From: a virus
Taxonomy: Duplodnaviria > Caudoviricetes
Length of the DNA stretch: 64,000 bases
Direction: 5' to 3' (one strand)
Virus record (IMG/VR): IMGVR_UViG_3300025087_000034
Below, one piece after another: positions 28,628-37,183 of the stretch. The translations under genes were made by a program, and so were the position numbers. The number at the start of each line of letters is the position of its first letter. The first letter of the stretch is position 1. Below the pieces are notes generated by a model. It ran no database searches, was not told the origin of the DNA, and saw only the letters and a program-made list of their open reading frames with translations.

Positions 28628-28688
28628 TAAACAGTATTGGTTTTTTTACTGTTTTAGATAATAAAAATAGTTAGGAGGGTAAAATAAA

Positions 28689-29600
28689 ATGGTTGTCAAT
28701 ATAAGTGTTTACAATTTGGAGGATTTTCCCGATACGAGTAAGACCGTATCGATAGATTTAAAGGCGGTAGTGCCCGTAGGTGCGTATGGCGATGAGCAGT
28801 TCGTGTCGCTCATCTATACGAGCGCCACAGCATCGGGCAGTGCTTCGATACAGGATGTAATAATTAGGAACTTTACTTTGGGCTGGGCCAAAAGCAATGG
28901 CATATCCCAAGGGCCATATACTATTAATGCTTCTCAGAACACTTTCCGTGTGTCCGTAAATGGTAGTGCCTATAGAACGGTTACTCTCGCTAACCAGACT
29001 TCTCCTGTTACCGGAGAAGCTGTCTCAATGGACATGCAAGATAAGATTCAAGGGCTGTCCTCTGTGGGGGGTTTAGAAGCTGGTAATCTGGCCTTCAAAA
29101 ATTGTCAGGTTACATTTGATGAGGGTAAATTTGAGATAGTTTCAGGGTCACCTAGTATGACTTATACTGGTAGTCGTAAGTCTTCTGTGGACATTCTTTC
29201 TGGTTTGACCAATGATGTAGCAGCACATTTGGGTTTATTTGCTCCTACTACGAGTGAGAACATAGCAGGCAATGCAATTTATCAAACTGCACTAAGTTTT
29301 CCTTATACGTCTTCTTCCGGTCTAACTTATGTGGACGTTTCTTCAAGTACAAACTTTCAGACAGGTGACTGTGTCGGTATTACAGACGGTACTAATATTG
29401 AATATCGATACGTGTCCTCCGTGTCCTTAGGTCTCATAAATATTAATGCTGTTTTATCTAACAATTATAGTATGAGTTCCCGTATTCAGACTTTAAGGTT
29501 ACAGGATTCCGACGCTCGTCCGCCGTCTGCTTTTGAAAGTATTGACGATGCTATACGTTACGGGATTTCAAGTATCGTCAATCAAATCGATTTTTCCTAA
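28689..29600 (+). CDS. Virion structural protein (303 aa)
   Basis: Strong SD AGGAGG. S/T/G-rich. Contains a domain shared with 42379..43950 and 51765..56795. Confidence 0.6.
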   Translation: MVVNISVYNLEDFPDTSKTVSIDLKAVVPVGAYGDEQFVSLIYTSATASGSASIQDVIIRNFTLGWAKSNGISQGPYTINASQNTFRVSVNGSAYRTVTLANQTSPVTGEAVSMDMQDKIQGLSSVGGLEAGNLAFKNCQVTFDEGKFEIVSGSPSMTYTGSRKSSVDILSGLTNDVAAHLGLFAPTTSENIAGNAIYQTALSFPYTSSSGLTYVDVSSSTNFQTGDCVGITDGTNIEYRYVSSVSLGLININAVLSNNYSMSSRIQTLRLQDSDARPPSAFESIDDAIRYGISSIVNQIDFS

Positions 29601-29607
29601 TTTTTAG

Positions 29608-30150
29608 ATGGCCACTTTCTATGTAAAAAACGCCCTATTTCCTGATAATAGTCAACTGTTTATTATCGATTTGATGCAGGTTGTTACTTTAAGGGGTGAA
29701 GCCAATACTAGTTTTTGGCCGCATAGAAGAGGGGAACATTATTGGAAGTTTGTTATTTATACTAGTGGGTTGGACATAAGTGGAAATAGTTTAGGTCCGT
29801 TTTGGGTAGGTGAGATAACAGACGAAGACACTATTGACGAGCTTATTAATAACAAAGTAAAAGAGATATCTGGACTTATAGATTGGAGACGTTCACCTGT
29901 TTATGATGGATTATTGACGGCCCAAGAAGATAGGTACCCTCCTAAAATCACGTATATGTATCCTCTAAACGGGGCAGTAAACGTACCAATAAGTTCTAGA
30001 ATAGTTATCCGGCTGGTGGATTTACCACCAGCCACAGGAGTAGATTTTGGTTCTGTAACTTTGTCTGTGAATGGTTTAACTATCATACCGGAAATTACTG
30101 GAAATCCTTTTGATTGTACGGTTTCCTATAAGCCCCTGAGTGGAGCGTAG
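29608..30150 (+). CDS. Structural protein with C-terminal SbsA/Big_5-like Ig domain
   Basis: PPKITYMYPLNGAVNVPISSRIVIRLVDLPPATGVDFGSVTLSVNG...CTVSYKP pattern. Confidence 0.55.
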   Translation: MATFYVKNALFPDNSQLFIIDLMQVVTLRGEANTSFWPHRRGEHYWKFVIYTSGLDISGNSLGPFWVGEITDEDTIDELINNKVKEISGLIDWRRSPVYDGLLTAQEDRYPPKITYMYPLNGAVNVPISSRIVIRLVDLPPATGVDFGSVTLSVNGLTIIPEITGNPFDCTVSYKPLSGA

Positions 30151-30152
30151 GT

Positions 30153-31385
30153 ATGACTTACGAAAATGTTAATATGGTTTCGCCAAATATGACTGGGGAC
30201 AGGAGTAACTCTTATTTTTATTCTTTTGAGTCTATTGGTAATGCCGTTGTTTTTAAACAGTATAAAAAGAGTTCACCTTTAGACCCTATTAATGCTGTTT
30301 ATCCATTAGACCAGGATATTTACGGAACCGTAGAGTGTTGTCAATTTGATGGTTATTACTATTGGTCATTGGAAAGGCAGACTGCAGGTATTACAATAAA
30401 AAAGTGGGAATTACTATCTGGTATTATGTATTTAAGAGCTACTTATAGTTTTGGTAATGGTAGTATGTTATGGTTTGATTCTTATTCTTTCGCCGTTGAT
30501 TTTTATAGTAGTACTTTATCTTTACCAGTTTCTGCAGGGCTCTCATATATAGAAGTTTCTGATGGGAGTAAATTTCTAGCAGGAGATACAATAGTATTAG
30601 GACCAAGTTCTGTATTAGGTTATATTAATAAATATGAATCTGCTACTATAAATAGTGTAGTGGGGAATAGACTTAATTTAAGTATTGGTTTGTCTAATTC
30701 TTTCGCCGCCGGAAATTTTGTTTATGCTAATAGGTATTTCTATATATTTAATGAGCACGCGCCATATGAGAGAAACAAGGGCTGTCTATTAAAGTATAAG
30801 AGTAGAACGGGTGTTTTGACGGACTATGCCCCTTCTGGAATGTTTAAAGATGTTAGAGCTTCGTGTTTTATAAACGATAAAATATTGTTTATACAAGGTA
30901 ATTCTGGTATATATTTGAACTCTGGTGATTTAGGTATTTATAGGTATATGGCTGTTGATAATTTAGATTATGGTAGAACGAATACACTTACCACGTATGC
31001 TCTTTGGGCTTATTCAAATGCTGTGTATAGTCTTCGTTCACGTTATGTTTTTTATTCTGGTGGGGTTTGGAACTATGAAGATTGGTTTCCTAAATATAAC
31101 TATGTTACTAGCTCAACTGACCCCACTGTGTTTTTTATAAATGTTGTTGCTGAACCGAACATGATTCATTCTGTAGTTGCGGGTCTGTCCCCAACTTCTA
31201 ATATAAAGATTTCTGTATTAGATCAATATTTGTCTCCTGCTGTAGGAAAAACAGTTTCTTTGTCTTCGTCAAGTGGGAGTTTTTCTTCGTCTGTTGGTCT
31301 TACAAATACAAACGGGGAATTTTTTACTACATTTAATGGTTCCTCATATATTGGGGATGTTACTATAAGAGCTACGGTTACTTAG
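30153..31385 (+). CDS. Structural protein with C-terminal Big_1 (intimin/invasin-type) Ig-like domain; paralog of 31396..32790
   Basis: C-terminus SNIKISVLDQYLSPAVGKTVSLS...TNTNGEFFTTF...GDVTIRAT. N-terminal PNMT and FDGYYYWSLE...IKKW are shared with the next gene. Confidence 0.6.
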   Translation: MTYENVNMVSPNMTGDRSNSYFYSFESIGNAVVFKQYKKSSPLDPINAVYPLDQDIYGTVECCQFDGYYYWSLERQTAGITIKKWELLSGIMYLRATYSFGNGSMLWFDSYSFAVDFYSSTLSLPVSAGLSYIEVSDGSKFLAGDTIVLGPSSVLGYINKYESATINSVVGNRLNLSIGLSNSFAAGNFVYANRYFYIFNEHAPYERNKGCLLKYKSRTGVLTDYAPSGMFKDVRASCFINDKILFIQGNSGIYLNSGDLGIYRYMAVDNLDYGRTNTLTTYALWAYSNAVYSLRSRYVFYSGGVWNYEDWFPKYNYVTSSTDPTVFFINVVAEPNMIHSVVAGLSPTSNIKISVLDQYLSPAVGKTVSLSSSSGSFSSSVGLTNTNGEFFTTFNGSSYIGDVTIRATVT

Positions 31386-31395
31386 AGGAAAAATA

Positions 31396-32790
31396 ATGTC
31401 CAGACAGAACATTCGAATAGCAGACCCGAATATGACTACTGATGGAATGTTTTTTTATACTATGTCTTATTCGCGAAATGCTTTACAGGTAAAAGTAGAG
31501 GATGGTACAACTGCGTTTTCTTATCCGTGTGATACACCATTAGACGCAACGGTTAATAGTCTTGAGTGGGACGGTGTGTATTTTTGGTCGTTAGAGAGCA
31601 AGCCTGGCGGTGGGGGTTTGTATATAAAGAAGTGGGCTATAGATGCATTTATATGTAAGCAAATAAGTAAATTTGCCCTTACAAATGATGCCACACATAC
31701 ATATGATGCAAATGATTTTGCTGTGGGGTCTTATTGTCTGTCTGTCGGTAATAACGGTCTTGATGGTATAAACCCACCTTTTACGTACGGTTTAAGTAAC
31801 GTTAAAGTTAGTAGCAACAGTGTGTTCGGCTCAGGGGATGTGGTTTCTTTTGTTAGGCGTAATACCCCCACTTCTCAAAGGTATTCTTCTACTCTTTCAG
31901 AGCATATGGTTGTGAGTACTGTTGACGGGGACGGTGTTACGTTGCATTTAACAGGAGCGATGTCGGAGGGTGTATATTCTGACGTTGGGGGGTTTAGGGG
32001 TCCTAGTGCTACATTTGTAGCTGGAGAGCCCTCTCCCCCAGACTTGGTTTATGTTACAAAGGCTATTTGGTTATTGAATAACTATGCTCCTGGTGGTTCA
32101 ACTACGGGAGCTATTTATAAGATAAACGCCTCTAATGGTTCTAATATTGTTCAATATACGGGTGCCCAGTATGATAATGTTAAGGGGGCCTCCTTTTACG
32201 CTCAGTATAGTGTGGCTGGTTCTTATCCGAATAAGTACAATACAAGTGTAGCTAGTGGGAATCGTTATTTAATCTTGGTTAAAGATACAAATTTGCTTTT
32301 TTATGACGTAGTAAATTTACAAGTTGCCAAGAGTCTTACTATGGAAGGTATAAATAAGGTAGCCGGGGGGTCGTGGGATGTTTTTGATTTGGCTGTTTCT
32401 GGTTATGAACCAGATATAACTCTTTATAGGCTACAATTAGGAACGACTTATGGCAATCCCTTGGCTGATGAGGCTTGGACTACCAGTTATAGTAATGAAA
32501 AGACGTTGTTACGTCGTGTTGTTAGTTCTATATCTGTTACCGTTACCCCTCCGATATTGCCCGCAGACGGGTCCTCACAGGCCCAGGTTGAAGCATCTGT
32601 GCTTGATCAGTATGGCGTTGCTGTTGCAAGTAAGTCCGTTGTGTGGGCAGAGGACGGGACTACAGGAGAAATCACGGGGTCCAATCCTTCGACAACAAAT
32701 GTGTTTGGAAAAGCCTATACTGTATATAGGGCTGGCACGACTGAGGCTGACGTGAAGATAACCGCTACTGTAGCTAATGGATTAGTATAG
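31396..32790 (+). CDS. Structural protein with C-terminal Big_1 Ig-like domain
   Basis: LPADGSSQAQVEASVLDQYGVAVASKSVVW...TNVFGKAYTVYRAGTTEADVKITATV is a classic Big_1 pattern. Confidence 0.65.
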   Translation: MSRQNIRIADPNMTTDGMFFYTMSYSRNALQVKVEDGTTAFSYPCDTPLDATVNSLEWDGVYFWSLESKPGGGGLYIKKWAIDAFICKQISKFALTNDATHTYDANDFAVGSYCLSVGNNGLDGINPPFTYGLSNVKVSSNSVFGSGDVVSFVRRNTPTSQRYSSTLSEHMVVSTVDGDGVTLHLTGAMSEGVYSDVGGFRGPSATFVAGEPSPPDLVYVTKAIWLLNNYAPGGSTTGAIYKINASNGSNIVQYTGAQYDNVKGASFYAQYSVAGSYPNKYNTSVASGNRYLILVKDTNLLFYDVVNLQVAKSLTMEGINKVAGGSWDVFDLAVSGYEPDITLYRLQLGTTYGNPLADEAWTTSYSNEKTLLRRVVSSISVTVTPPILPADGSSQAQVEASVLDQYGVAVASKSVVWAEDGTTGEITGSNPSTTNVFGKAYTVYRAGTTEADVKITATVANGLV

Positions 32791-32791
32791 T

Positions 32792-34090
32792 GTGCCTAAT
32801 TTTTCTGACATAACTATAAGGCAATACTCTCCGGGGTCCGTTGGTGGGTACGTGGCAGATAGAGATTTTAATTGGAGTAGCGAGGGAGACTGTAGGGATT
32901 CCTTATTGGGGGTTTCCACAGAGATAGGGGTGCAATTTTATTACGCTTATCAACATCCCCGCCCAATGTTTGTTAGTTTGCCCTATTCTGTGTCTGAAGA
33001 CTGGTCTGATAGTCCGTCGAATGCCCCATTTTTATCTGATTTAGAAAGGTACTCGTATGGCAGGTTTGGGCCTAATAGGTATGGGAAGTTAGATAATTAT
33101 CGGGGGGCGAGTGTAAGACAAAATTACTTTGGTATGGCGTCAGAATCGTTAATTACTGAATTAATAACTAGTAAAGATACTGTAATATATGATATTGATA
33201 CGGGTTTAACGAATGAAACCTTAGTTTATGAAACCGAGGTTCCGTTTAATTACACAACCTTAAACCAACGTAACTTATTATTAAATGCTTCCCCAGCACC
33301 GTTTTCTTATAAGAATCCTGTTGATACGGATGTTTATATACGAATGGGTAATTATGTTTATACTCTTAGTTCAGGAACTATCACGCTTTCTTTGGACGGG
33401 GAAAGTAAAACAGGATTAGAAATAACCCCTTATTTTGGTGGGTTAGGCGGTTATGACGTTACTTGGAGTAATGACCAGGAGTTTGGGTATAATTCAAGAG
33501 TAGCGGTTCATTGGACGGTTTATGACTCTTACGTTCCACCAAATAAAATAGATTTCGATTATTGGTTTATGACCGTACAGGACTATTTAGGTCCTAGGTT
33601 TTTTTCTTTTTCTCCGCAGGATGGGGATATTGGTGTAGGTGTTGATACCTGCATTTCCTTTGTTGTTAGAGATTATGAATTAGGTATAAATATAAGTAGT
33701 CTTGAACTATATGTAAATAATGTTTTTATACCTATTAGTAGTATGAGTATAAGTGAAACAAGTTCTGGTGATGGTTATAGTATTTCTTTTTGCCCGCCGG
33801 AAGAATTTTTATATGGTGACACTATACCAGTATCAATATATGTAGAGGATAATTCAGAAGAAAAGAACTACTCTTTTTATGTGTATTCTTTTACTACAGA
33901 GGAAAGCTTGGCTCCTAATGTAATATCGCAGGATCCAAGGCCTTGTATTGGGTATGTTCCTGTTGACTATGATGTTGAGGTTGACGTAGTTGACGGAGGT
34001 GGCGGTATAGACGGTGAATCAATTGTACTAATAATAGATAGCAAGCCTGCTGTATTTAGAAAAGAGCCTATAATATATAGAGAGGATTAG
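32792..34090 (+). CDS. Structural protein with tandem SbsA/Big_5-like Ig domains (GTG start)
   Basis: GPRFFSFSPQDGDIGVGVDTCISFVVRDYELGINISSLELYVNN and APNVISQDPRPC...DVEVDVVDGGGGIDGESI. Confidence 0.55.
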   Translation: MPNFSDITIRQYSPGSVGGYVADRDFNWSSEGDCRDSLLGVSTEIGVQFYYAYQHPRPMFVSLPYSVSEDWSDSPSNAPFLSDLERYSYGRFGPNRYGKLDNYRGASVRQNYFGMASESLITELITSKDTVIYDIDTGLTNETLVYETEVPFNYTTLNQRNLLLNASPAPFSYKNPVDTDVYIRMGNYVYTLSSGTITLSLDGESKTGLEITPYFGGLGGYDVTWSNDQEFGYNSRVAVHWTVYDSYVPPNKIDFDYWFMTVQDYLGPRFFSFSPQDGDIGVGVDTCISFVVRDYELGINISSLELYVNNVFIPISSMSISETSSGDGYSISFCPPEEFLYGDTIPVSIYVEDNSEEKNYSFYVYSFTTEESLAPNVISQDPRPCIGYVPVDYDVEVDVVDGGGGIDGESIVLIIDSKPAVFRKEPIIYRED

Positions 34091-34094
34091 TTGA

Positions 34095-37000
34095 ATGCCT
34101 AATACAGTACCTGGAAAACTTACTAAGCAAGGACCCATAGCAACACTAGAGGGTACAGTGGGTTTTACCGATGGTGACAAATTTATGTTTAACGGCAGCC
34201 AGTTTGTGCATTTTGTTTCTCAGGCTCCTACTGCTATAGAGGCTTCTGCTAATAAAGTACAAATACTTTATGATGGTCAGGTATATTCTAAGTTGTCATA
34301 TTCTAATTTTAAAAACAGCTCAAATGTTTTTAGGTTTTTAGATGGTGAGCCTATGTATACAGGAGTTTATATTGGTACTCCTGGTGCTTATGACCATGTT
34401 ATTATAGGGTATTCTTCTCCTATCACAACCAATCAAATTAGGTTTTGGTCTGCGAACTATATACCGAAGGATTTTATACGTGTAGATTATAGCCATGACG
34501 GGGATTATTTTTTTAATGTTCCAACAAGTGTGGGTGATGTTTCCTTTGAATTTGATGACTCTATAAGACTTTATTCTACAGAGGCTTCTCCTAGGGGCCA
34601 GTATGTTTATACTGTAGAGTTGAACGCAGATTACACAGCTAGTTATTGGCGTATTAGGTCTTTTATATTCGCTACCAATACAGCTAGGGTAGCAGACGTA
34701 AATGGTAAGACGGTTACACTGACCACGGTGTCAGGGCTCCCTGCTAGTTCTGATTTATATGAAGACGGTGGTTTATATTATTATGTTGGTAGTATAGGGA
34801 CTTCTTTGCAGACTAAAACTTTCCGGTCTTCTTCTTTACCGCCGATTAGTGGAGATGATAGGTTTATTACTTATAGTGCTACAAATATTACGTTGGATCC
34901 CAATTGTACTACTTTAACATTGAATAATGTTAGACTGGACAATTGTGTGGGAACTATTCGCAGAGGTTCTACCATTAAGGGCACGTGTTCTTTGATGTCT
35001 TTTCCTACTGAATATTACATAGCTGAATTAGCAGAGGATGTGGTTGTTTCTTCTAATCCAGATTATGTGGATCTTGTTTTTGATATCACCTATTCTTCTG
35101 TCCCTGGTTATGTTGTTGGGTGTCCAAATGTTCGCCTTAAATCTATAATAGGTAATTCTGGCAATATAGGATTTACGTTCTCTTACAGTGCTGAGTTGGG
35201 GTTGGTTTTATCTTATAAACCTATGTCTTCTGTCTTGTATGGTTCTTTAGGTGCTTCTTCTTTAGTGGGAATGAACATAGGGAGTTTTGGTGCTTCTGAT
35301 GATCTTGAAGCAGGAAGTTCCTTTGTTTATAGTTATGATTGTGAACTGACCCAGGTTCAGATAGTAAGTGGAGACAATAGCCAGCTTAGGTACTGGGAGT
35401 CTGATGGAAGTAAGTCAGTTACAAATTTATTGGAAGTAGATAATGTTTATGATCTTTCCTACGATGTTTCTGATGAGGTTTATTATGCTATAAGATTTAA
35501 TGCCTTAGGTGGGTTTGGTAGTCCTAGTTTGACCGATGATTTTTCTGGAAATTTTGGTAGCTCTTTTGATGCTTCTAAATGGGGGGAGCTTGGGACCGGT
35601 TTCTATAGGGACCCTGTAGCGGGGTGTGCCGTTTTTAATACTTCTTCTGGGGTTGTTAGTGCGGGGGGTCTTATAAGCACGGCTTATATAACGGGTAATT
35701 TTGATGCTTCTTTATATAACGAAGTAGCGACCTTGTCGGGTTCCGGTTTTTATGGTTTTTCGTTAATAGATAAAGATAGTAATAATATGTATGGCGGTGT
35801 ATTTTTAGCTAGTAATTGGGGGGCAGGGTTCAGTGGGTCTGTTGTCGGTGTGGGTGTTAGTGCGTTAGTAAACGTTGTTAGTTCCTATGTTAATTTTAGT
35901 AGTCTTAGCATTGATCCCTATGTGTTAGTAGAAGGAGACCATAAACATACTTTAGAGTATAGCTCTTCCTTGTGGTATTATACTAGGGAAAGCTTAACTC
36001 CGTCAGGTGTTTTATGGGATGTTTCTGATGTTAATGTTGGCTCTGGTCCAGGTGTGTTGTTGGACGGCATGAGCGTGTCCTTGGAAACGTCAGCTATGCC
36101 TCCGGATGGTAGCCACATTAGTTTTATTACGCATAAGAGCACGGCCTCTGGGTTGAGTAGTTCTACGGTTATGTTGTCTAGTAGCTATGACAGTCTATTG
36201 GGGCAGATTATTTTTAGTTTTGATGATGGGTTCGTAAGCTCTGTTCTGGTTTCAGAGATATACGGGAAGAATTTTAAAATAGGTATTTTTGGAAGTAATA
36301 GCAACTTTACTACTGTTAGTTCTACTCTATTTGAGTCTTCTGGGAGTGTTATATGGACCATACCTTGTTTTGAGGTTGTTGCTATTAATGCTGAGGGTAG
36401 TGTTACAGATGTTCCTGATGTTACTTCTGGGCGAGGTTTAGCAATATCTGCCTTGGATCTTGTGCAAGACCCTGTGGCCTCTTTTGGTGACTATTATAAT
36501 AAGGTGTCCATAGCAACAAACGGCTTAAGAAAAGACTCTGGTGGGGCATTGTTTCTAAGGATTAATTCAGATATTTATAGGTATGAGAAATCAGATCTCC
36601 CAATAATATTACCAGAGGAAGGGTCTACAGCTTCTGTTGTTGTCTCTGGTACTTTGCCATCTATCGAACTACGACATTTTAGTTATGACGACTATGTTAA
36701 TGGTGGTCTTAGTTATGGGTATGAGGATAGTCGTGGTGTTTTTATCACGACTGTTTCTTCCTCGTCTTTATTGGAAACTGGGTATGAGGCGGAGTTAGAT
36801 TTATTGGCCTGCTCTGTTCCTTTAGCTAGGGATCCTGTAGACTATTCTGTCTTATATACACTGGTAGGGAATAGTGTATATGTATTTAATTCAGATGATA
36901 CGTCTGTTGCTTTTTGTAATGTGATATCTAGTGAACCTGTGTTGCCGGCCAATTCAAACTATAGCTCGCTTATTACAGCGCAGGTTACAAACTTGTATGG

Positions 37001-37172
37001 AGATCCTTTGGCTAATAAAACAGTTAATTTTTCTATAACTTCTGGGGCTGGCTCATTAAATACGGCCTCTTCTTGTACAACGAGTAGTGGTGTTGCTACC
37101 ACCGTGTTTGTAGCTGGGCCCGTTGAGGGTACCTCTGTTGTTACGGCTACAGCAACAAATACTGCTTGTTAA
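34095..37172 (+). CDS. Large tail fibre/spike-like protein (1025 aa) with C-terminal Big_1 domain; paralog of 37184..39838
   Basis: S/G/Y/V-rich. C-terminus FCNVISSEPVLPAN...AQVTNLYGDPLANKTVNFSITSGAG...GVATTVF...VVTATAT. Shares several blocks with the next gene. Confidence 0.6.
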   Translation: MPNTVPGKLTKQGPIATLEGTVGFTDGDKFMFNGSQFVHFVSQAPTAIEASANKVQILYDGQVYSKLSYSNFKNSSNVFRFLDGEPMYTGVYIGTPGAYDHVIIGYSSPITTNQIRFWSANYIPKDFIRVDYSHDGDYFFNVPTSVGDVSFEFDDSIRLYSTEASPRGQYVYTVELNADYTASYWRIRSFIFATNTARVADVNGKTVTLTTVSGLPASSDLYEDGGLYYYVGSIGTSLQTKTFRSSSLPPISGDDRFITYSATNITLDPNCTTLTLNNVRLDNCVGTIRRGSTIKGTCSLMSFPTEYYIAELAEDVVVSSNPDYVDLVFDITYSSVPGYVVGCPNVRLKSIIGNSGNIGFTFSYSAELGLVLSYKPMSSVLYGSLGASSLVGMNIGSFGASDDLEAGSSFVYSYDCELTQVQIVSGDNSQLRYWESDGSKSVTNLLEVDNVYDLSYDVSDEVYYAIRFNALGGFGSPSLTDDFSGNFGSSFDASKWGELGTGFYRDPVAGCAVFNTSSGVVSAGGLISTAYITGNFDASLYNEVATLSGSGFYGFSLIDKDSNNMYGGVFLASNWGAGFSGSVVGVGVSALVNVVSSYVNFSSLSIDPYVLVEGDHKHTLEYSSSLWYYTRESLTPSGVLWDVSDVNVGSGPGVLLDGMSVSLETSAMPPDGSHISFITHKSTASGLSSSTVMLSSSYDSLLGQIIFSFDDGFVSSVLVSEIYGKNFKIGIFGSNSNFTTVSSTLFESSGSVIWTIPCFEVVAINAEGSVTDVPDVTSGRGLAISALDLVQDPVASFGDYYNKVSIATNGLRKDSGGALFLRINSDIYRYEKSDLPIILPEEGSTASVVVSGTLPSIELRHFSYDDYVNGGLSYGYEDSRGVFITTVSSSSLLETGYEAELDLLACSVPLARDPVDYSVLYTLVGNSVYVFNSDDTSVAFCNVISSEPVLPANSNYSSLITAQVTNLYGDPLANKTVNFSITSGAGSLNTASSCTTSSGVATTVFVAGPVEGTSVVTATATNTAC

Positions 37173-37183
37173 GGGTGTAATAT

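Noticed and set aside
28628-28656. Inverted repeat AAACAGTA...TACTGTTT after nuclease paralog 4 as a terminator
   Set aside because: The stem is weak and AT-rich with an 10-nt loop. Plausible by chance in this composition.
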